Source: the human T2T-CHM13v2.0 reference genome, Homo sapiens | Direction: 5' to 3' (one strand) | Length of the DNA stretch: 64,000 bases | Assembly (NCBI RefSeq): GCF_009914755.1 | Contig: NC_060948.1 | Shown: in pieces, positions 11,675-23,800 of the stretch | Position numbering within the stretch: position 1 is the stretch's first letter | How the letters are laid out: the number at the start of each line of letters is the position of its first letter | Position numbers and translations under genes: made by a program | The notes under the pieces: generated by a model | Told to the model about the DNA's origin: nothing | The model's database searches: none | What the model saw: only the letters and a program-made list of their open reading frames with translations

Positions 11675-14600
11675 GGACAGGAATCAAACGGAATGGAATG
11701 CAATGCAATCAAATGGCATGGAATAAAATAGAATGAAAGAGAATCAAATGGAATTGAATGGAATGGAATGGAATGTAATGGAATGGAATGGAATGGACTA
11801 GAATGGAATGGAATGGAATGGACTAGAATGGAATGGATTCGAATGGAAGGCAAAGGAATGGATTCTATTGGAATGGACTGTAATGGAATGGAATGGAAGG
11901 GATTGGAATGGACTCGAATGGAATTGACTGCAATAGAAAGGATTCGAATGGAATGAAAAAGAATTGAATGGAATAGAACAGAATGGAATCAAATCGAATG
12001 AAATGGAATGGAATAGAAAGGAATGGAATGAAATGGAATGGAAAGGATTCGAATGGAATGCAATCGAATGGAATGGAATCGAACGGAATGGAATAAAATG
12101 GAAGAAAACTGGCAAGAAATGGAATCGAAATGAATGGAGTGTTATGGAACGGACTCAAAAGGAATTGAATGTAATAGAATGGAGTGGAGTGGACTCGAAT
12201 ATAATGGACTGGAATGGAATGAAATCACATGGAATGGGAACGAGTGGAATGGAATGGAAAGGAATGGAATCGAATGGAAAGGAATCGAATGGAAGGGAAT
12301 GAAATTGAATCAACAGGAATGGAAGGGAATAGAATAGACGGTAATGGAATGGACTCGAATAGAATGGACACGAATGCTCAAATTGAATGGACTCGAATGG
12401 AATGGAAACGAAAGGAATGTCATCGAATGGAATTGAATCGATTGGAATGAAATCGCATAGAATGGAGTGGAATCAAATGGAATTGAATCGAAAGGAAAGG
12501 AAGCGAATGGACTGAAATGAAATGGAATGGAATTGAATGGAAAGTAATGCAATGGAATAGAATGGAACGAAATTTCACGGAATGGAATCAAACTGAATGG
12601 AATCAAATCAATGGAATCCAATCAAATGGAATGGAGTAGATTGGATTGGATGGGATTGGAATGAAATGTACTGGAAAGGACTCGAATTTCATGAAACGGA
12701 ATGGAATGAATTGGAACGGAATGGACTCGAATGGAATGGAATGTCATAGAATGGTATCAAATGGAATGGCATCAAATGGAATGGAATCGAATGCAATGGA
12801 ATGCTATGGAATGGAATGGAATGCATTGGAATGGAATGTCCTCTAATGGAATGGATTCGAGTGGAATGGAATCGAATATAATGGAGTCGAATGAAATGGA
12901 ATTGAAAGGAATGGGATGGAATACAATGGAATATACTGGAATGTAATGTAATGAACTCGAATATAATTGACTGGAATGGAATGTACATGAGTGGAATGTA
13001 ATCGAATGGAAAGTAATCCAATGGAATAGAATCTAATGCAATAAAATCGACTCAGATAGAGTAGAATGTAATGGAATGGAGTGCAGTGCAATGGAATGGA
13101 ATGGAATGGAATGCAATGGAATGGAATGGAATGGAATGGAATGGAATGGAATGGAGTGGGATGGAATGGTATGGAATGGATAGTAATGGACTGGAGTGAA
13201 ATGGACTGGAAAGGAATGGACTCAAATTGAAAGGTCTCGAAAGGAATGGAGTCAAATGGAATGGTCTGGAATGGAATGAACACGAAAGTAATGCAATCCA
13301 ATAGAATGGAATCGAATGGCATGGAATATAAAGAAATGGAATCGAAGAGAATGGAAACAAATGGAATGGAATTGAATGGAATGGAATTGAATGGAATGTG
13401 AACGAATGGAGTGAAATTGTATGCAGTAGAAGAGAATAGAATGGAATGCAAGCGAAAGGAAAGGAATGGATTGGAATGGAATGGAATTCATTGGAATGGA
13501 AGGGAATGTAGTGTAATGGACAGGCCTGGAATAAAGTGGAATGCTACGGTCTCGAATGGAATAAAAATGTGTGGAATGGAATGCAATGAAACGGAATCGA
13601 ATGTCATAGAATGTAATGGAATGCAAAAAAATGGAATCCAAAATCATTGAATGCAAAGGCTGGGTGTCGAAAGGAATTGACTCCAATGGAATGGAATCGA
13701 ATGGAATGGAAGTGAATAGAATCGAACTAAATCGAATGGAATGGAATTGATAGGAACGGAATGGAAAGGAATGCAATGATTTGGCATGGAATGGAATCGA
13801 ATGGCATCGAATGGAATGGAATGGAATGCAATGGAATGGAATGTATTAGAATGTAATGAACTTTAATGGAATGTACTCGAATGGATTCGACTGGAATGGA
13901 ATGTTCTGGAAGTGAATGGACTCCAATGGAATGGATTCAAAAGGAATGGAATCGTACGGAATGGAATCCAATGGAATGGAATTAAATGGAAATGAATCAA
14001 ATTGAATAGCACGGAATTGAATTGAATGGAATTGAATGCAATGGAATCTAATGAAACGGAAAGGAAAGGAATGGAATGGAATGGAATGGACTGGAATGGA
14101 AAGGAATCGAAACGAATGGAATGGAATCGAACTGAAGAGACTGGAATGGAATGCACTGGAATGGAAGGGAGTGTAATGGAAGGTTCTCGAAAAAAATGGA
14201 ATCGAATGGAATGCAATTGAATGGAACGGAATAGAGTCGAATGCAATTGAATGGAATGGAATGGACTAGAGTGAAATGGAATCGAACCACAAGGAATGGA
14301 CAGGAATAGAATGGTCTCGAATTGAATGGAATCGTATGGAATGGCATCAAACGGAATGGAATGGACAGCCACGGAATGGAATGCACTCGAATGCAATGGA
14401 GTCGAAACTAATGGACTGGAATAGAATGGACTCGACTGGTACGGACTCCAATGGAATGGAATCGAATGGAAGGGAATCGAACGGAAGGGAATCGAACGGA
14501 ATGGACTCGAAGGGAAAAGACTGCAATGGAAAGGTCTCGAATGGAATGGAAATTAATGGAATGGAATGGAATCGAATGAAATAGAGTCAAAAGGAATGGA

Positions 14601-17600
14601 ATCGAATGGCAAGAAATCGAATGTAATGGAATCGCAAGGAATTGATGTGAACGGAACGGAATGGAATGGAATCCAAAGGAATGGAATAGAATGGAATGGA
14701 ATCGAATGGAAAGGACTCGAATGGAAATCACTCGAATAGAATGCAATTTAATAAAATAGGATCAAATGTAATGGAATGGAATGGAAAGGAATTGAAACGA
14801 AAGGAGTGGAGACAGATGGAATGGAATGGAACAGAGAGCAATGGTATAGAACGGAATGGAATAATCTGGAATGGAATTGAATGGAATGGAATAATATGAA
14901 ATGGAAAGGAATGGAATGGAATGCCCTTGAATTAAATGGACTGCAATGGAATGGACTCGAACAGAGTGGAATGGAAAGTGTTGAAATAGAATGGAATTGA
15001 CTCGTTTGGAATGGTCTAGTATGCAATGCAATCGACTGGCAGGGAATCAAAAGGAATGTAATCTAATGGATTGTACTGGAATGCAATGGACTCGAATAGA
15101 TTGGAAACGGAATGCAAAGGAATGGAATGGAATAGTATGGAATGGAATGGAAAGGAATGGAGTGGAATAGACTAGAGTGGAATGGAATGGACTTGAAAGC
15201 AATGGACTGGAATGGAACTTTCTTGAATGGACTGGAACCAAACGGAATGGAATGCAATGCAATCAAATGGCATGGAATAAGATAGAATGAAAGAGAATCA
15301 AATGGAATTGAATCGAATGGAATCGAATGGATTGGAAAGGAATAGAATGGAATGGAATGGAATTGACTCAAATGGAATGGACTAGAATGGAATGGATTCG
15401 AATGGAAGGCAAAGGAATGGAATCTATTGGAATGGACTGTAATGGAATGGAATGGAAGGGATTGGAATGGATTCGAATGGAATGGACTGCAATAGAAAGG
15501 ATTCGAATGGAATGAAAAAGAATTGAATGGAATAGAACAGAATGGAATCAAATCGAATGAAATGGAATGGAATAGAAAGGAATGGAATGAAATGGAATGG
15601 AAACGATTCGAATGGAATGCAATCGAATGGAATGGAATCGAACGGAATGGAATAAAATGGAAGAAAACTGGCAAGAAATGGAATCGAAATGAATGGAGTG
15701 TTATGGAACGGACTCAAAAGGAATTGAATGTAATAGAATGGAGTGGAGTGGACTCGAAAATAATGGACTGGAGTGGAATGAAATCACATGGAATGGGAAC
15801 GAATGGAATGGAATGGAATGTAAAGGAATGGAATCGAATGGAAAGGAATCGAATGGAAGGGAATGAAACTGAATCAACAGGAATGGAAGGGAATAGAATA
15901 GACGGTAATGGAATGGACTCGAATAGAATGGACACGAATGCTCAAATTGAATGGACTCGAATGGAATGGAAACGAAAGGAATGTCATCGAATGGAATTGA
16001 ATCGATTGGAATGAAATCGCATAGAATGGAGTGGAATCAAATGGAATTGAATCGAAAGGAAAGGAAGCGAATGGACTGAAATGAAATGGAATGGAATTGA
16101 ATGGAAAGTAATGCAATGGAATAGAATGGAACGAAATTTCACGGAATGGAATCAAACTGAATGGAATCAAATCAATGGAATCAAATCAAATGGAATGGAA
16201 AGGAATTGAATGGAGTAGATTGGATTGGATGGGATTGGAATGAAATGTACCGGAAAGGACTCGAATTTCATGAAACGGAATGGAATGAATTGGAACGGAA
16301 TGGACTCGAATGGAATGGAATGTCATGGAATGGCATCAAATGGAATGGCATCAAATGGAATGGAATCGAATGCAATGGAATGCTATGGAATGGAATGGAA
16401 TGCATTGGAATGGAATGTCCTCTAATGGAATGGATTCGAGTGGAATGGAATCGAATATAATGGAGTCGAATGAAATGGAATTGAAAGGAATGGGATCGAA
16501 TACAATGGAATATACTGGAATGTAACGTAATGAACTCGAATGTAATTGACTGGAATGGAATGTACATGAATGGAATGTAATCGAATGGAAAGTAATCCAA
16601 TGGAATAGAATCTAATGCAATAAAATCGACTCAGATAGAGTAGAATGTAATGGAATGGAGTGCAGTGTAATGGAATGGAATGGAATGGAATGCAATGGAA
16701 TGGAATGGGATGGAATGGTATGGAATGGATAGTAATGGACTGGAGTGAAATGGACTGGAAAGGAATGGACTCAAATTGAAAGGGCTCGAAAGGAATGGAG
16801 ACAAATGGAATGGTCTGGAATGGAATGAACACGAATGTAATACAATCCAATAGAATGGAGTCGAATGGCATGGAATATAAAGAAATGGAATCGAAGAGAA
16901 TGGAAACAAATGGAATGGAATTGAATGGAATGGAATTGAATGGAATGGGAACGAATGGAGTGAAATTGTATGCAGTAGAAGAGAATAGAATGGAATGCAA
17001 GCGAAAGGAAAGGAATGGATTGGAATGGAATGGAATTCATTGGAATGGAAGGGAATGTAGTGTAATGGACAGGCCTGGAATAAAGTGGAATGCTACGGTC
17101 TCGAATGGAATAAAAATGTATGGAATGGAATGCAATGAAACGGAATCGAATGTCATAGAATGTAATGGAATGCAAAAAAATGGAATCCAAAATCATTGAC
17201 TGGAAAGGCTGGGTGTCGAAAGGAATTGACTCCAATGGAATGGAATCGAATGGAATGGAAGTGAATAGAATCGAACTAAATCGAATGGAATGGAATTGAT
17301 AGGAACGGAATGGAAAGGAATGCAATGATTTGGCATGGAATGGAATCGAATGGCATCGAATGGAATGGAATGGAATGCAATGGAATGGAATGTATTAGAA
17401 TGTAATGAACTTTAATGGAATGTACTCGAATGGATTCGACTGGAATGGAATGTTGTGGAAGTGAATGGACTCCAATGGAATGGATTCAAAAGGAATGGAA
17501 TCGTACGGAATGGAATCTAATGGAATGGAATTAAATGGAAATGAATCAAATTGAATAGCACGGAATTGAATTGAATGGAATCGAATGCAATGGAATCTAA

Positions 17601-17733
17601 TGAAACGGAAAGGAAAGGAATGGAATGGAATAGAATGGGCTGGAATGGAAAGGAATCGAAACGAATGGAATGGAATCGAACTGAAGAGACTGGAATGGAA
17701 TGCACTGGAATGGAAGGGAGTGTAATGGAAGGT

Positions 17734-20700
17734 TCTCGAAAATAATGGAATCGAATGGAAAGGAATTGAATGGAACGGAATAGAGTCGAATGGAATTGAA
17801 TGGAATGGAATGGACTAGAGTGAAATGGAATCGAACCACAAGGAATGGACAGGAATAGAATGGTCTCGAATTGAATGGAATCGTATGGAATGGCATCAAA
17901 CGGAATGGAATGGACAGCCACGGAATGGAATGCACTCGAATGCAATGGAGTCGAAACTAATGGACTGGAATAGAATGGACTCGACTGGTACGGACTCCAA
18001 TGGAATGGAATCGAATGGAAGGGAATCGAACGGAATGGACTCGAAGGGAAAAGACTGCAATGGAAAGGTCTCGAATGGAATGGAAATTAATGGAATGGAA
18101 TGGAATCGAATGAAATGGAGTCAAAAGGAATGGAATCGAATGGCAAGAAATCGAATGTAATGGAATCGCAAGGAATTGATGTGAACGGAACGGAATGGAA
18201 TGGAATCCAAAGGAATGGAATAGAATGGAATGGAATCGAATGGAAAGGACTCGAATGGAAATCACTCGAATAGAATGCAATTTAATAAAATAGGATCAAA
18301 TGTAATGGAATGGAATGGAAAGGAATCGAAACGAAAGGAATGGAGACAGATGGAACGGAATGGAACAGAGAGCAATGGCATAGAATGGAATGGAATCATC
18401 TGGAATGGAATTGAATGGAATGGAATAATATGAAATGGAATGGAATGGAATGGAATGGAATGCCCTTGAATTAAATGGACTGGACTCGAACAGAGTGGAA
18501 TGGAAAGTGTTGAGATAGAATGGAATGGACTCCTTTGGAATGGTCTAGTATGCAATGCAATCGACGGGCAGGGAATCAAAAGGAATGTAATGGAATGGAT
18601 AGGACTGGAATGCAATGGACTCGAATAGATTGGAAAAGGAATGCAAAGGAATGTAATGGAATAATATGGAATGGAAAGAAATGGAATGGAAAGGATTCGA
18701 ATGGAATGCAATCGAATGGAATGGAATCGAACGGAATAGAATAAAATGGAAGAAAACTGCCAAGAAATGGAATCGAAATGAATGGAGTGTTATGGAAGGG
18801 ACTCAAAAGGAATTGAATGTAATAGAATGGAGTGGAGTGGAGTCGAATATAATGGACTGGAATGGAATGAAATCACATGGAATGGGAACGAATGGAATGG
18901 AATGGAAAGGAATGGAATCGAATGGAAAGGAATCGAATAGAAGGGAATGAAATTGAATCAACAGGAATGGAAGGGAATAGAATAGGCTGTAATGGAATGG
19001 ACTCGAATAGAATGGACACGAAGGCTCAAATTAAATGGACTCGAATGGAATGGAAACGAAAGGAATGTCATCGAATGGAATTGAATCGATTGGAATGAAA
19101 TCGCATAGAATGGAGTGGAATCAAATGGAATTGAATCGAAAGGAAAGGAAGCGAATGGACTGAAACGAAATGGAATGGAATTGAATGGAAAGTAATGCAA
19201 TGGAATAGAATGGAACGAAATTTCACGGAATGGAATCAAACTGAATGGAATCAAATCAATGGAATCAAATCAAATGGAATGGAAAGGAATTGAATGGAGT
19301 AGATTGGATTGGATGGGATTGGAATGAAATGTACTGGAAAGGACTCGAATTTCATGAAACGGAATGGAATGAATTGGAACGGAATGGACTCGAATGGAAT
19401 GGAATGTCATGGAATGGCATCAAATGGAATGGCATCAAATGGAATGGAATCGAATGCAATGGAATGCTATGGAATGGAATGGAATGCATTGGAATGGAAT
19501 GTCCTCTAATGGAATGGATTCGAGTGGAATGGAATCGAATATAATGGAGTCGAATGAAATGGAATTGAAAGGAATGGGATCGAATACAATGGAATATACT
19601 GGAATGTAACGTAATGAACTCGAATGTAATTGACTGGAATGGAATGTACATGAATGGAATGTAATTGAATGGAAAGTAATCCAATGGAATAGAATCTAAT
19701 GCAATAAAATCGACTCAGATAGAGTAGAATGTAATGGAATGGAGTGCAGTGCAATGGAATGGAACGGAATGGAATGCAATGGAATGGAATGGAATGGGAT
19801 GGAATGGAATGGAATGGAATGGGATGGAATTGTATGGAATGGATAGTAATGGACTGGAGTGAAATGGACTGGAAAGGAATGGACTCAAATTGAAAGGGCT
19901 CGAAAGGAATGGAGTCAAATGGAATGGTCTGGAATGGAATGAACACGAATGTAATGCAACCCAATAGAATGGAATCGAATGGCATGGAATATAAAGAAAT
20001 GGAATCGAAGAGAATGGAAACAAATGGAATGGAATTGAATGGAATGGAATTGAATGGAATGGGAACGAATGGAGTGAAATTGTATGCAGTAGAAGAGAAT
20101 AGAATGGAATGCAAGCGAAAGGAAAGGAATGGATTGGAATGGAATGGAATTCATTGGAATGGAAGGGAATGTAGTGTAATGGACAGGCCTGGAATAAAGT
20201 GGAATGATACGGTCTCGAATGGAATAAAAATGTATGGAATGGAATGCAATGAAACGGAATCGAATGTCATAGAATGTAATGGAATGCAAAAAAATGGAAT
20301 CCAAAATCATTGACTGGAAAGGCTGGGTGTCGAAAGGAATTGACTCCAATGGAATGGAATCGAATGGAATGGAAGTGAATAGAATCGAACTAAATCGAAT
20401 GGAATGGAATTGATAGGAACGGAATGGAAAGGAATGCAATGATTTGGCATGGAATGGAATCGAATGGCATCGAATGGAATGGAATGGAATGCAATGGAAT
20501 GGAATGTATTAGAATGTAATGAACTTTAATGGAATGTACTCGAATGGATTCGACTGGAATGGAATGTTCTGGAAGTAAATGGACTCCAATGGAATGGATT
20601 CAAAAGGAATGGAATCGTACGGAATGGAATCTAATGGAATGGAATTAAATGGAAATGAATCAAATTGAATAGCACGGAATTGAATTGAATGGAATGGAAT

Positions 20701-20847
20701 GCAATGGAATCTAATGAAACGGAAAGGAAAGGAATGGAATGGAATGGAATGGGCTGGAATGGAAAGGAATCGAAACGAATGGAATGGAATCGAACTGAAG
20801 AGACTGGAATGGAATGCACTGGAATGGAAGGGAGTGTAATGGAAGGT
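17734..20847 (+). repeat. DYZ1: Short DYZ1 monomer (3114 bp) with a 440-bp internal deletion
   Basis: At 18661-18700 reference position ~938-960 is joined to ~1390-1411. Both the landmark and the HaeIII spacing are 3114 bp. Confidence 0.9.
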
Positions 20848-23800
20848 TCTCGAAAAAAATGGAATCGAATGGAATGCAATTGAATGGAACGGAATAGAGT
20901 CGAATGCAATTGAATGGAATGGAATGGACTAGAGTGAAATGGAATCGAACCACAAGGAATGGACAGGAATAGAATGGTCTCGAATTGAATGGAATAGTAT
21001 GGAATGGCATCAAACGGAATGGAATGGACAGCCACGGAATGGAATGCACTCGAATGCAATGGAGTCGAAACTAATGGACTGGAATAGAATGGACTCGACT
21101 GGTACGGACTCCAGTGGAATGGAATCGAATGGAAGGGAATCGAACGGAATGGACTCGAAGGGAAAAGACTGCAATGGAAAGGTCTCGAATGGAATGGAAA
21201 TTAATGGAATGGAATGGAATCGAATGAAATGGAGTCAAAAGGAATGGAATCGAATGGCAAGAAATCGAATGTAAAGGAATCGCAAGGAATTGATGTGAAC
21301 GGAACGGAATGGAATGGAATCCAAAGGAATGGAATAGAATGGAATGGAATCGAATGCAAAGGACTCGAATGGAAATCACTCGAATAGAATGCAATTTAAT
21401 AAAATAGGATCAAATATAATGGAATGGAATGGAAAGGAATCGAAACGAAAGGAATGGAGACAGATGGAATGGAATGGAACAGAGAGCAATGGTATAGAAT
21501 GGAATGGAATCATCTAGAATGTAATTGAATGGAATGGAATAATATGAAATGGAATGGAATGGAATGGAATGCCCTTGAATTAAATGGACTGGAATGGAAT
21601 GGACTCGAACAGAGTGGAATGGAAAGTGTTGAGATAGAATGGAATGGACTCCTTTGGAATGGTGTAGTATGCAATGCAATCGACTGACAGGGAATCAAAA
21701 GGAATGTAATCGAATGGATTGGACTGGAATGCAATGGACTCGAATAGATTGGAAACGGAATGCAAAGGAATGGAATGGAATAGTATGGAATGGAATGGAA
21801 AGGAATGGAGTGGAATAGACTAGAGTGGAATGGAATGGACTCGAAAGCAATGGACTGGAATGGAACTTTCTTGAATGGACTGGAACCAAACGGAATGGAA
21901 TGCAATGCAATCAAATGGCATGGAATAAGATAGAATGAAAGAGAATCAAATGGAATTGAATGGAATGGAATCGAATGGATTGGAAAGGAATAGAATGGAA
22001 TGGAATGGAATTGACTCAAATGGAATGGACTAGAATGGAATGGATTCGAATGGAAGGCAAAGGAATGGAATCTATTGGAATGGACTGTAATGGAATGCAA
22101 TGGAAGGGATTGGAATGGACTCGAATGGAATGGACTGCAATAGAAAGGATTCGAATGGAATGAAAAAGAATTGAATGGAATAGAACAGAATGGAATCAAA
22201 TCGAATGAAATGGAATGGAATAGAAAGGAATGGAATGAAATGGAATGGAAAGGATTCGAATGGAATGCAATCGAATGGAATGGAATCGAACGGAATGGAA
22301 TAAAATGGAAGAAAACTGGCAAGAAATGGAATCGAAATGAATGGAGTGTTATGGAACGGACTCAAAAGGAATTGAATGTAATAGAATGGAGTGGAGTGGA
22401 CTCGAATATAATGGACTGGAATGGAATGAAATCACATGGAAAGGGAAAGAATGGAATGGAATGGAAAGGAATGGAATTGAATGGAAAGCAATCGAACGGA
22501 AGGGAATGAAATTGAATCAACAGGAATGGAAGGGAATAGAATAGACGGTAATGGAATGGACTCTAATAGAATGGACACGAATGCTCAAATTGATTGGACT
22601 CGAATGGAATGGATACGAAAGGAATGTCATCGAATGGAATTGAATCGATTGGAATGAAATTGCATAGAATGGAGTGGAATCAAATGGAATTGAATCGAAA
22701 GGAAAGGAAGCGAATGGACTGAAATGAAATGGAATGGAATTGAATGGAAAGTAATGCAATGGAATAGAATGGAACGAAATTTCACGGAATGGAATCAAAC
22801 TGAATGGAATCAAATCAATGGAATCAAATCAAATGGAATGGAAAGGAATTGAATGGAGTAGATGGGATTGGATGAGATTGGAATGAAATGTACCGGAAAG
22901 GACTCGAATTTCATGAAACGGAATGGAATGAATTGGAACGGAATGGACACGAATGGAATGGAATGTCATGGAATGGCATCAAATGGAATGGCATCAAATG
23001 GAATGGAATCGAATGCAATGGAATGCTATGGAATGGAATGGAATGCATTGGAATGGAATGTCCTCTAATGGAATGGATTCGAGTGGAATGGAATCGAATA
23101 TAATGGAGTCGAATTAAATGGAATTGAAAGGAATGGGACCGAATACAATGGAATATACTGGAATGTAATGTAATGAACTCGAATGTAATTGACTGGAATG
23201 GAATGTACATGAATGGAATGTAATCGAATGGAAAGTAATCCAATGGAATAGAATCTAATGCAATAAAATCGACTCAAATAGAGTAGAATGTAATGGAATG
23301 GAGTGCAGTGCAATGGAATGGAATGGAATGGAATGCAATGGAATGGAATGGAATGGAATGGAATGGGATGGAATGGGATGGAATGGATAGTAATGGACTG
23401 GAGTGAAATGGACTGGAAAGGAATGGACTCAAATGGAAAGGGCTCGAAAGGAATGGAGACAAATGGAATGGAATGGAACAGAGAGCAATGGTATAGAATG
23501 GAATGGAATCATCTGGAATGGAATTGAATGGAATGGAATAATATGAAATGGAATGGAATGGAATGGAATGGAATGCCCTTGAATTAAATGGACTGGAATG
23601 GAATGGACTCGAACAGAGTGGAATGGAAAGTGTTGAGATAGAATGGAATGGACTCTTTTAGAATGGTCTAGTATGCAATGCAATCGACTGGCAGGGAATC
23701 AAAGGAATGTAATCGAATGGATTGGACTGGAATGCAATGGACTCGAATAGATTGGAAACGGAATGCAAAGGAATGGAATGGAATAGTATGGAATGGAATG

